A stretch of DNA of 64,000 nucleotides from Albugo candida (Eukaryota), in contig JBDOQK010000025.1 in NCBI GenBank assembly GCA_040437565.1, forward strand, positions 1-64,000, given 5' to 3'. Below the pieces are notes generated by a model. The model did not search any database, was not told where the DNA came from, and saw only the letters and a program-made list of their open reading frames with translations. A program made the translations under genes and the position numbers. Below, piece after piece: positions 11,804 through 24,110 of the stretch; position 1 is the first letter of the stretch, and every line of letters starts with the position of its first letter.

Positions 11804-13376
11804 ATGGCATCATCCGAATTGCAATGGAGCTGTCACTTCTGCACTTTAATCAATGCGACGAACGATAAGCACTGTGTGGCATGTGAGAACGAGCGCTATG
11901 ATTCCGGTCCCGTTTTGCAGCCATTAATAAATTATGGGGTAGTGAAGAAGGACCCAGCGCCTGTACCGGATAAAACGTCCCACTTGATCGGCGGTCTCCG
12001 TCGCGGATACTCAGACGAAGGTGACGATATGGATACACTCGAAAAAAGAAATGTGCATTCTATGGACACGGTAGAATCTTCCTATCTCGACCACAATGCA
12101 CCGTCGTTCCAGCTGCTTCCACTGCAAACCAAAATAGTGCCAAGGCCTTCATCGCAGCATGTTGCTAAAAATCAGTCAGAACAGCTTCAACTTCTTGATG
12201 CTGAGCTGACTGCCAAGTCATCTGTTAAAGGTTTTAAAGAAAACAGACCACATCGAAGCTCTATAGCTGATCATCAATCACGCAATCTGATGCTGTTCGA
12301 CGAACAAAATAAGCCGAAGTTTGGGAGCTCACAAAAAAGTTCTAGTTTGCAAGCGAAGTGGCTTCCTACAATTTTCGACTCCAATTCTACAGAAGAAGGC
12401 ATAGAATGGGAGTGCTCTGTCTGCACCAATATGAATCTGTCGAATTATACAAAATGTGAATTATGTGATACTAAGCGAATCGAAAATCAAGATGGAGACA
12501 GAAGAAAGATTATTTCTGAAACGTGGAAGCCCACTAGCAGACCGGAGCTTTCAACAGAAACATCTTGTAAGGGTAGCGCACTAAATTGTAAGTGAGCACC
12601 GCTGCACGTAAGCTATTATCTTTGCGGAATAGAATTGCACGTAACACTAACAGAGTTTACCCTCGTGGTTCATTTTGCTTGACCTATGTAGGTAAAGAAT
12701 CTCATTCTACATCATCGAAGCGGGAAACTGATATTTATTCGCCTCACAAAAAGAAGATAAATACTCAGGAGAGTGCGACGATTAAGGTTGTCATCCGCAT
12801 AAGCTGTGGTACACTTACGTTGGTAACTTGCAGGATATTAGCTCGACTTGTACCGGAAGAAATCGTCAAACTTTGAGCCCAGACAAATTTGAAAATTTCT
12901 TATCTGTCGGGGATTTATTAAGCGATCCCAAATGCAAAATCAACTACAAAGCCATGTTCACGGATTCCACGTAATGTTAATCAATATTTCACTCGGTATG
13001 ACAATCTGGCTAACCGTGAGTACTACCACCAGTTGCACCAATTTATACATGGCTCGCTTCCGTAAACGACTAGAAGAATCTCGAAGTCGTAAATCTGGTC
13101 GAAAAAAGAGTACTACAGGCACTTGCGGCACCGGCTTACCACGCAATGTCCATTCTAAACGTAGGTTATTCGGGGTAAAATATCACTAGCGCTCAGATTT
13201 GCCTCTTCTCATCTATAGTCAAGACACAGCTTACAAAGGGGAACAAAAAGCGCCCTCCGAAAGCTAAGGAATTGACGAAGGAGATCAATTACTATGATAT
13301 TTGCCAAGAGGAGGAAGATATCGCTGATGCTAGCTTGAATTGGGAAGGAATTGGCTGCGCCACGTACTTTGAATAA
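11804..13376 (+). CDS. Protein with two RanBP2-type zinc fingers (multi-exon)
   Basis: WSCHFCTLIN..HCVACE and WECSVCTNMN..KCELCD; downstream GT-AG exons; likely last exon ends ...LNWEGIGCATYFE* (internal exon structure tentative). Confidence 0.65.
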
Positions 13377-13457
13377 TATTTTTTGATGAACGAGTTTATC
13401 GATCTCAGTCACGTTCTACGGTGTTGCGACGTTTCGCAATTATACTCGACACGACGT

Positions 13458-14911
13458 ATGAAAACAACTCAGCTTTCGACAATGCAATTTGAAGAAGCAA
13501 AAGCATTTCTGCAACAAAACACGTCTAATGGCACTAATTTATACGAACATCTCACAAATCTTTTATTGAAGATTATTGTTGAGCGGCCTGAAAATGCGAT
13601 TGAGATTTTTGAATTTCTGTCAGTCACTGCTCGACAAGAACAATTCCCTTCGCAATCAATTATAAAATATGAGAACAAGGAGAAACTAGAAGCAGTGAGT
13701 TTGAATTGATCACCTCCGAGACTTGACTAACTAATTCTTTGTAGAAAGCGCATCAAACAATGTTTGGAGAGGTGATAGCGAAATTGCATAAAGTTTCTAT
13801 AGCTGAAAATGAAACATCTGGCACTGGTGTCCGTATAATTGTATCAGACATTCTAGATCATTATAATGCTCTCGAGTGGGCAGGTGTTGCATTTTCTAAA
13901 AGTGAAATGTTTCGCGTGTGCCTATCAATAGCAGGGATTTCAAATATCGAAGAAATAAAAAATATCCGGCTTTGGGGTAAAATCTTGGGAATCGATGCAA
14001 GCTTCTATGTTGTCGAGGGTCAATCGGTAGAGAAGACAGACTCTGTTGACGAGAATGAAGAGGGTGCTGATGGAGCAAACAAGTACACGTATTGGGTCAT
14101 GAAAGACGATGGTACGTGATTGACTGCTTCTTTGTCAACGAGTTAAATATTGCAGCTCTACCTGCCAGGAAAATACACCTGGACTCGTTTACCAAATGTG
14201 ACATGCAATCAGATTTTAGTGGCCAGAAAACTCTTTCGCTATGTTCAAGGCGATTTAGAGGGAGAAGTACATGGACATCCACCGTTTCCGGGAAAAGAAA
14301 AGAATTTTCTACGAGCCCAAATCGCACGTATATCATCATCAACCGCTATTTGCCCGGCAGGATATCTCAAAATCGGCGATTCTTCTAATCTCGAGATCGA
14401 CCCAGATTACGATATCAAGACGAGCAAAGAATTGATGTCTTTAGAATCCTGGGTGCACTACACTAGATACATCGATGCTGTCACTGGCCGAACAGTTCTG
14501 CTTCCCAACGCTGATAACGATGAAGAACCACGTTCCGTTGATGAAGGCTTAGTCCCTATTTTACGACGACTAAATGAGGATTTTTCTGGAACATGGCGTG
14601 TTGATTGCGTTCCGGCAGCACCCCTGCCAACAAAACATCAAAAGGTCATCGTGAAGAGTCTGATCTGGCCTGGTGCTGTTAGCATGGCGTGTGGAAAGGA
14701 TGTTTGCAACACCTACATTGGCTACGCATGCAAACTTAACAACGCGCCGTACCAGATCCAACATCCTAACAATATTGAAGGAGGCTTTGGTGTCACCCAG
14801 GGTGAAGCTCCACCCACAGGCAGCGGCAATAAAGAAGTATGCTTTACGAATCTAGAAGAACAGAAAGATGTTCTGGAGAATTTGATACACGATGCAGATT
14901 CGGGTATCTAG
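13458..14911 (+). CDS. RSPH4: Flagellar radial spoke head protein 4/6 homolog (3 exons)
   Basis: AKAFL..NLYEHL..LLKII.ERP; LEWAGV; RLWGKILG; GANKYTYWV; PPFPGKEKNFLRAQIARISSST; KSLIWPGA. Introns ~13695-13744 and 14112-14155. Confidence 0.88.
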
Positions 14912-15211
14912 CTTCGTCAGCAAATAAATCAAGCGATACCACTTGAGGCATTTCAGTTTCTTACCGTAAGATGTCATGTTCACTGTCGTAAAATGGCTGA
15001 ATAAATAGCTTCAAGACCTTGGCGAAAAATAATGTAATCGATCTTGCATGAATGCATCTTGTGCACGTGCTTTGCGAGTTTCAGTACTTATCATCACCTC
15101 ATGATCTAACACTTCCATTTGGATCAAGGAATCGACTTTTGCCAGATGTCTACTCTTCTGCTTGTACATCAGAGACTAGGCTATGATACGACGTTGAGAA
15201 ATTGGTGAATG

Positions 15212-16520
15212 CTACCTTCTCAAACTTGTATTACGGGCCTCCGGTAATCTCAGTCTTGTAGGCTTCATTGGTAGTCGTGGTAAGAGTGTTTGCGTTGTGG
15301 TAGATGGCGCCATTGACTTTGCCGTTGCGTTGATTGCAATCTTATTTAACATACCTTCGAGACAAACAATCTTCTTGTCCAGCGATGTAATTCGCTCATT
15401 GGTCCGCGCAACTTCTTGCGGTTGCTCACTGATGTGCGACTGAAAATTTCCAACCACTTCTTCCAATACGGTTATTCTCCTCTCAAAATCGTCTGACGTC
15501 GATTTTTGTGAGTACTCTAGGTCCACGACTTGTTTCTCAATACGAGCAATCCGAGTATTGATAGTCTCAAGCTGCAAAGTTTGTGTTAATGCAATTTCCT
15601 GGTAGCTTGTTTCTCGCTTCTCTACTTCGTGTAGTTTCTTCTCAGCCTCGTTCAGCCAGCAGCTCATTTGTTCTTTGATAAGCATGCTATCACCAGCACT
15701 CCATACTATCTCCGTCATATTTCTTGATATGTCTCGTTTTGTAGCCAGGACCTGACGAGCCCATCGCTGCAGCTGCAATGTTGCGGCCAATAGCCTGATT
15801 GATATCCTCTCATGTTGTCGTGAGTTGTTACTTTCAAATCGTTCCAACGTTTGCTTTCGAGATAATCGCTCTATAGTTTGTCGAGCCAAGCGACGTAATT
15901 GCAAGTCCTTTCGAGTACGCATTCTACGATAAAAAATCGCAATACGAATCGCTGCCATGTGTTTATCCATCGGCTGCCTATGAACGTTTTTAGGACTTTC
16001 AATTAGCCTCAGATTTTCTGCGTCGCTGGTTCTTCTGCTGCCTTCTGTACTATTTCTCTAAAATCACAGAGCGCGCTTCAAACATTGGTGTAGGGAAAGA
16101 ATTATCTTTCTCACGCTATGTAGATCGTGTTTTTTTCCTTGATTGCCATTTCTGCNNNNNNNNNNNNNNNNNNNNNNNNNNNNNNNNNNNNNNNNNNNNN
16201 NNNNNNNNNNNNNNNNNNNNNNNNNNNNNNNNNNNNNNNNNNNNNNNNNNNNNNNTAGATCGTGTTTTTTTCCTTGATTGCCATTTCTGCCTGCGTCTTC
16301 CACTCGAACATAGTTGGAGGGAAAATAGCCTCTCCTTGCTGGATCATTTATGTGATGTCCATACCACCACTCATCTTGTTGCATTCTAAGTACGCATATA
16401 ATGTCACCTTTCCTGATTTCAAGCTCATCGATTCCTGCCGAAAATAATAAGCTATCAAAGAGGTTTCCCGAAGTAGAATTTACCTTCTTTATAAGTGTCA
16501 TAAAGCGCGACTACGAGCAT
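15212..16520 (-). CDS. SH3-domain protein with IQ-like motifs and coiled coil
   Basis: Exon 1 MLVVALYDTYKE(G) at 16520-16484, intron 16435-16483, then DELEIRKGD..EWWYG..RGYFPSNYV; later LQLQRWARQVL and a heptad-rich region; spans a gap. Confidence 0.75.
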
Positions 16521-16597
16521 TACGCAGTCGCAATTGATCAGTCACTGTACTCAAAGAATCGACAAGCTGATAAACAGACACCACGCACAAAAAGTGA

Positions 16598-19587
16598 ATG
16601 GAGCTTACCGATGATTTATTTTCGGTAAATCCAAAATTCGTTGGGGATGATGCCTTCGCAACAAAGGGTTATGCATGGCTGCAAGACAGAGTTGAAAATG
16701 GATTTGGAGAATCATTGCGTGGATTGATGTTGAGCCGTATGCGTTGGTGGGCCGAATCTGTTGTAGTTCCGAGGTTCTGGAACTTTTTTGAGGGTCACAA
16801 CGAGCTGCAGAGAAAGCGGATACATAGCAAATACAAACACTGCATTTATGACCAGCTCCTGGGATCTCTGCAATATGCGGTCGATGCATTCTCGGTCTGT
16901 GTTCGAGTGGCGAGCGTACTCGACGCAAAATCAATCATGTGTGCGTACTTGGGTATCGATGAAAAATCTAATCAAACACTGATGCAATCGATGTTTAGCA
17001 CGTGATGAGAGCTTTCTAAAAAGCTTTTGCAGGCATTTTCGCTGTACAATTTTCTACAAGAGAAGCCGAAATCAGGTGGGAGGCATCACGAATTGATGCT
17101 TGATCTTGACACATTCTTCAGATTTTTGATCAGGTTCTGGAGATGGTTTTTTGTTCAAGCTTGACGCCATGTCGAGGTGATACGAAACTGTCTCTTTCGA
17201 ATGTGTACTCAATGGGCTCTGCGAAGGCATGCCTCCAGTCGACATTCAACCCGTTCTTGAATTAATTGATCAGCTTGAATGGGCAAGTATTGTGGAACCA
17301 GTGCTGATTCGTTTACAAAAGTCACGAGTAATTACATGCACGGTGAAGACCAAGAAGGTGTGTAAACGACTAATAATACTCATAGATCAAGCAGAAGATA
17401 GCACACATCTCAAAGAACAATTATGCCCTTCAACTTGTTGAAAATGTGGAGAAGTGGGCCCTTGATGAAATTATCCCATGGATCGAAAGTGTGATGCAAG
17501 TTGTGAGAATCGAGCCAAGAAAGTCTTCTTGGATTGACCATATCAACTTCAGTATTCGTGAGGTGGCTGCTTCATCAACTTCGTCTTCCATTCAACCAAA
17601 CACTCACAGATCAATGTATAAGGAATTTGTTCAGCATCACATCTCGAAGCTATTCGATATTATCAAGGAATACCCTCATAGGTATTGGCCATGCGTTTTT
17701 TATCAGAGCTCACACGGTAATCACGGTTACGCATAGCATTGCTGCTCTAGAAGATCTCAACATATGCCTTTCAAACTCCAAAGAGAAAGAAAGCTTGTTG
17801 CGGGATTTCTCGGAAGTATTAAACATGCGATTGTTGCAGCCTGGGGCAGATACTGAAGACATACTTGACGTCTATGCATTGATTATCAAGGTAACTGATA
17901 TCAATGATGAATATCAATGATTACTTCACAAAAAGCCATGGACTAGGCATTCGGGGTATTTGATTCTCAGGGCACCATGCTAGAAGCTATAAGCGAGCCA
18001 GTGAAAAATGTTTGACACTTTTTTTCCTATGGCTGAGGCTAGTTATGATACAAGTAGTATCTTCGCACCAGGAAGGACACTATTCGGTGCATCATGAGCA
18101 AGTTGATAGCTGAAGAAAGTGATGATGTTGACAATGACCTTCAGGGAGAAAAATTAAGTCTGATTCAGCATTTCGACAACAGCGATGATGACGAGGTCCG
18201 ACTCTACCAAGCTACTCGACATGTAAGACTCTAACATAAATACTGTGACACTAGGATATTGATCCAGACGAGTGGATGCCGGAATCAACCCAAGCTGATC
18301 CGACGAAAACGACGCAAAGTCGAAGAAGCGATGATATTTTACAGATTCTTGTACGTATAAATGCAATCGAAATGAATATTCAAACTCTTTATCGCTAGGT
18401 GAATATATATGGAAGCAAAGAGGTGTTTGTTAGTGAATATAAAGTGTTGCTGGCAGATAGGCTACTCCAGGCACTCAACTATAGCACCGAGAAAGATTTG
18501 GAGACTTTTGAATTGTTGAGACTTCGATTTCAAGAAGATGGTCTGCGCGATTGTCAAGTTATGATACGCGATATTGAAGAATCTCGAAGAATCAATTCCA
18601 ACGCACAATCTCTCGCTGATAACCATTATCAAATTGTTGATGCAGCCATCTTATCCCGTTTCTTTTGGCCTCCATTAATGGTAAGATGCTCATTGTGAAT
18701 ACTTTATTCGCTGTTATGTACTTCTGTTTACAAACAGGACGATTCGTTCGTGATGCACCCGAAAACGTCACATCTTATTGAAAATTACAAGAAGCAATAT
18801 CATAAATTGAAGACGCCACGCTCACTTCAGTGGGTTCCACTTCTCGGTTGCGTTGAGGTGAGAATCTGGTTTCATCTTCCGAAGAGAAGCCACCTAATTC
18901 GAACGCAAAATAGCTCGCCATCGAACTAGATGGGGTCGAACGTGACCTCGTAGTTTCACCAATCGAAGCAACTATCATGCTGCATTTTGAAGATAAAGGT
19001 TCCTATCTACCTGTCAGCTTTCTCGATCAACACTGATGATGCTTTTCAGAGAGATGGCTATTCAATGAATTGGCTTGCGCTATGGAGGTTGAAGAAACGA
19101 TTCTGCGTAACAGTATGAAGATCTGGCTGAATCTTGGCATTCTTCGTGCATCAGCTGACCGCAGCATCATAACGCTTGGCGCTAGTTCTGATGAGAGTTT
19201 GACTGAGATATGTTTTTCATCAAAAGACAAACAAAGCGCAATTTGCACAACTGCTCAAGCACAGCAGGATTTGCAGGTTTGTGTCGTGTACAGATCAACG
19301 GACGATAAAATGAAGATTCCGTCTGCGTAGACACTGGAGTCGTACATCACTGGTATTTTATCCAATTTCGGCTCCTTGTCGCTGCACAGAATACACCACA
19401 TGCTAGAGGCTTATGGCCGTAGCGGCTCACAACCCTGTAGGCTACAAAAACTATTTTTATTCCTGAGGTTAACCTGTGCATGTATGCAGACGATAAAACC
19501 ATATCCGGATTGTCCATCGTGCTGAAAGCATTAGAGGCGAAACATAGAATTGTATCGATTGCGGGGGAGTACCAACTAATCAAATAA
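16598..19587 (+). CDS. APC2: Anaphase-promoting complex subunit 2 (cullin-like; many short introns)
   Basis: SKLFDIIKEYP, RLLQPGADTEDIL, YLRTRKDTIRCI, NIYGSKEVFVSEYKVLLADRLL, ILSRFFWPP, KTPRSLQW and C-terminal YITGILSNFGSLSLHRIHTML. Confidence 0.9.
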
Positions 19588-19793
19588 GCTAAAAAGCATT
19601 GGGGCATTTTCTCTTTGTGTGACCAGAATTACCACAAGAAATGCAAATGATGGGAATGCGATTCCTATCTTCACTTGTTTTAGGTTCGAGGAGGTCAAGG
19701 TTGAATGCTCGAATCAATCGCGAGTTGTAGTCCATACCACTGTGTGGGCCAAACTACAATACATTCAAACGTTACATTCGAAACACCAAAGCT

Positions 19794-20254
19794 CTATATA
19801 GTATTATTGACCTTGTGGTTCTGCTCCAAATCTATCGGTATTTGATAATACTTCTGCGTGGCAAGAGATGTGATAGCTATGTGAGTATGACTTTGTTCGT
19901 CCGAAGCAACACGTTTTTACTTTGATATGTTGAAGAGTGAGTTGTGCTGCAATAGTGCTATCTTCATCACGCTCTTGCTTCTTCTTTTGTGAGTACTTGA
20001 CAGTCTAACTCAAAGCTATAGCACCTCAAATGAACACAACGCTTCTATTGCAATGTACAAACTCTGTAGATAAAGCGTGGGACATATTGACCTGATTCGT
20101 CAATACTAGCCAGACTTTCGTTCTCATCCGAAGAGCATTGGGGAGTTTCATCGACTGAATATCGCTGTTCCTCTTTTCTTTTCTTTGACTTCTTTTTCGG
20201 CGTATCCGATAATCTCTTCGTGACACGCATATACTTGTACACTTTGTTCTCCAT
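19794..20254 (-). CDS. Small Lys-rich hypothetical protein (tentative 3 exons)
   Basis: ATG-initiated ORF with an NLS-like PKKKSKKRK and plausible GT-AG exons; no family recognised. Confidence 0.35.
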
Positions 20255-20396
20255 TTCACTTCAACTGGTCGTATCAGATCTGATACTAAATGCAATAGGG
20301 CGCTGTATTAGGACTCGCGTGTAGAGAGCAATTTATCGACACGTGTGTTTCATTTCATTATTTCATTCATTGGCTTGATCAGCTTCGCTACGAAAT

Positions 20397-20996
20397 ATGA
20401 CGGATTTGATAGCAAACCTAGTGGACAGTGTACCGACGACTGGACTTGCGGTTGGTGGCGCAGTTGTAGCAATCGCTGTGACCTTTTTTGCGGTTAAAGT
20501 ATTGGGAAGCAATCCTGACTCACAGTCGACGCTGAATCTTCCTACCAAGAAAAAGAAAAAACGGTCCGCAGCTCCGAAAAAAGTCAGTAAAAAGAAAGCT
20601 AGCACTGATGTCGAATCAGCAGCTGATAATAATATCATAACTGAATCGAAGGAAATCAACTTGCAAGACTTTGTCGCTGTAAGTTTTTTTATTCTCCAAA
20701 CATCGAGCGATGTCATTAACCACTGATCGACATCCAGGATTGGCCGGATAGCGAGGAAGAGGAGGCTGCTCGTGCAGAGAAGAAGAAACAACGTCGAAAA
20801 GCGAAAAAGAAGAAAGTCAAGGGCGTCGCAAGTGCAGCGTCTGATTCTGAAGTGACTGGAAAAAGCTTCAATGGATCAGGAAAGGTTAGTTTGCTCGATC
20901 TTGCTATTTTGTAAGCTTTATTAAGCAGTATCATACTAGGATGGTGAAGAGGGCTGGGAGACTGTATCTCGGAAAAAAACTAAGGCAAAAAAGTAA
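20397..20996 (+). CDS. Small N-terminally membrane-anchored Lys-rich protein (3 exons)
   Basis: Hydrophobic GLAVGGAVVAIAVTFFAV segment, poly-Lys tracts, last exon DGEEGWETVSRKKTKAKK*. Confidence 0.65.
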
Positions 20997-21164
20997 GGAA
21001 GGTTCCAGTGATTACACAGCTAAACGTCTCAACATCTGAATATATTCTGCTGAGGAAACAGCGCACGTATCTAGTTCCTTTATTTTTACGCAGAATGTTG
21101 CTTGCGGAAGATGTAGGCGTTGCAGGTGGACTAAATCAAGTAATTCATTTTGAAAACTATTGCC

Positions 21165-21570
21165 TTATAGCTTAGAGCTGGCTTGTATCGCTTTGAAAAC
21201 GGTACTCATTTTTGAAGCCAGTATCACACTTCCTTTGACTTTGATTTTGCCGAGAACATATGCCTTTTGTGCGTTGAGCTTTCCTGTAGCGAGGCTAACA
21301 AAGTCATCATCCGATACGGTGATAGTCACGTCGGCCTTTTCCTCAGCTTGTCGTAACTCGGGTTTCTCGCTTTTCAGATCCAGAAACCAATCCTGCCCTA
21401 TAGCACCAGTGTGATCATTGCGTCAATAAACAAATTTCTTACTAACCTGAATTGATTTTAAACAGAAAAGTCCCTTTGATTTTGCGAGCAAGAGCCCCAC
21501 CATCTTTCGCTATTGCATCTTTGAGTTGTTTGAAAATTTCGGTAGATTTGACCTTCTGATTAGTAGCCAT
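21165..21570 (-). CDS. SCP2: SCP2 sterol-carrier-family protein with PTS1 (-SKL); 2 exons; absent from the ORF track
   Basis: MATNQKVKSTEIFKQLKDAI.. intron 21398-21446 ..DWFLDLK..KADVTITVSDDDFVSLATGKLNAQKAYVLGKIKVKGS..ASSKL*. Confidence 0.88.
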
Positions 21571-21909
21571 CGCAGCCTCTTACTGCTCTTACGACTAATG
21601 CTTCTCTATGCGCACAGCGTCAAGTGTCTCTTTATATGGTCACGACTCTAGCCCGTCTCATATGCAAAATTCCCCTGTGGCTCGTGGCGCCTTCATGTCG
21701 CGCAATGTAGATAGTATGCTTGGAAAGCGTACATAATCCATCAAAATCTTTAATGATACAATTGACTTTGCTCGAATATCTCACTATGAACGAGTCATTG
21801 TCCCACACGGTGACAATGGCGACATCGCGACGGCAGGTATTTCAGTGCAGTGCATGAGCCAGTTATTCGCCCAAGACAAAGCCAATAAGTAAGCCGTCTG
21901 ATAAAGGCA

Positions 21910-23600
21910 ATGGTTCTAATTGGTCGAAAGCTTCAAATCGATACATTAGAAAAGTACGCCAAATTCACGTCGCTAATTCTGTTATATGGCCACCCATACA
22001 CAGGAAAATCAATTGTCTTGCACAATTTATTACAAGAGCGACTTCATGGTCAGCTAATAGCTCTGGTTAATGGTAAAATGATATATAGTACCAACGACCT
22101 CTACCGCGAGGTTTTGTTACAATTACGAAAATGGCTGGTTCAGCAGGGTCATCAGATGAATGCGGAAGTGGAGGAGGATTCATCAGTAACTATCAAAGAT
22201 ATTCCGGTCGATGAACAGGGCCCTGATGAGAGCTGTATCTCAACTGTCTCAACGATCGACTCACATGACAAAAAAAGCTCACAGTCTTTTACAGGAAGAC
22301 CTACACGGAAAAAACTCAATTTTATTACTTTTTTTCGATTATTGATGCAAATAATTGATCATGTAGAAGGAATATCGACTTGTCTGAAATATAGAACGAT
22401 TTTTATTGCGCTCGATCATGCTGAGTATTTGGTAGAAAGAAACGTGATTTCTGAATTACCTCGATTGCTTCGAATCAATGACCAACTAAAGCTACGGATG
22501 GTATGTTGTGAGCCAGATGGTTGTATGAATTAAGCTCATCAGCTTCTGTAGTCGAACAAGTCAAAATGGAATGTTGTATTTCTAATCGCAACGCGCGGGA
22601 TTTCTCCCGGACTCATGAACAATCTGTCACCGTTTCTTCCATCCTTACTCCACTTTCCCTTGTATACAATTCGTAGGTTCCACTTGTTTTATATTTCTTG
22701 AGTGTGTCTCAGGTCGACAATTTAGATGAAATCGCCGATATTTTGATGCATCAATTTCAAATCTCGCCGCAATGGTCTAATTTGTTTCGTAAGTGGATAA
22801 GAGCAATAGCAGATCGACTTGACGCAGACTATAACAATTGGATGGAGTTTCGGCACACAGCAATACGTCTTCTTCCAATTTTTATTGCCGGGATTGATCA
22901 CGATACCAACCCAGTGAATGTTGAAAAGTTTTTGATACAAACTACGCATCGGCAAATGCTTCAAAATAGAAGTCGAGATCACCAAATCATAAAGGAAGGC
23001 GAAAAAACTGCTTTCACAAGACGTTCAGACTTTTCCTTTTTGAAAAAAGGCCCAGCTGATAGTCTCAATCAGATACTCCTCCCCAGAAAAGGTTTATTTC
23101 TATTGATTGCATCGTTCCTTGCGTCTTTCACCTTGCAACAAAATGATATTTTGTTTATTTCGGCGTCGTGTAATGCAATGAAGAAACGAAAACGCCAGCA
23201 AGCTGCTGAGCCTGGGAAGAGTACTGGACATAACACAAACAATCAGCTTCAAATTGGCCCTAAAATTTTCACTCATCAGCGGCTATCAGCGATCTACTTC
23301 AGTCTGGTGCTCGAGCACAACAGTAACTCCTTTCAATCTATTGAAGATGACCAAGAAACAAGAGAAGAAGTATTTACACATGTAAGTGCACTCTCTCCTT
23401 GCACAAGTACCGTTGGCTCTTACAACAGCTCAATTACGTAGATTGCTACACTGCTTCGCATCAAATTGATGCAGCGAGTCTCTGCAACTCAACTACTCGA
23501 CAACATCAAATATCGATGTCTTGCAACATGGGAGCTCGTGCAAGATGCTGCAAAGAGTTTGCAATTTCCGATAGACATGTACTTAAATAATCATTCGTGA
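21910..23600 (+). CDS. ORC5: Origin recognition complex subunit 5 (multi-exon; possible upstream exon from 21786)
   Basis: Walker A GHPYTGKS; IALDHAEYL; LLIASFLAS; GPKIFTHQRLSAIY; IATLLRIKL..LDNIKYRC. Confidence 0.82.
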
Positions 23601-24110
23601 TATAAAGATAGAGCCACGTGCGGGTTTATTTACAGTATTTCCATTCACTTTCGTGGCATGTGAGACGGCAACATAGATTACTTGGTGATTGACTGATACA
23701 CAGGACTCAGGCTCCCGGATGATGGGAGCACTATTCATCAAATCTTTGAGCATCAGAGTCTCAATACGCACTGCAGTACGACAAGGGAGCCGAGTGTAGA
23801 CGAGGTCACTATCAATTTGATTTGATTGTGCCCGGACAGGGATCGTATACGACTTGCTTTGGAAAGATGGTACACATCCACATGTGCGATCGCAATAGAT
23901 GAACATCTTGTGTTTATTTATCGGATCGTTTTGTATATTTGCTACTAGCTGCTAAGATGAGCAATTGATCGACCCAAAGGAATGACTCGATTAGAGAAAA
24001 CATGTAGATGTCCGTTTCTCTGTCGATTAGATTTTATATCACTGACTCTCTGGAAGAGCAAGTAACGTCTCGTTTCAATGCATGACTACATGCTGGAAAT
24101 GGTTCCGTTG

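Noticed and set aside
23583..23906. 107-aa minus-strand ORF between ORC5 and NUP205
   Set aside because: No motifs, overlaps the ORC5 end, and NUP205 already terminates at 24111.
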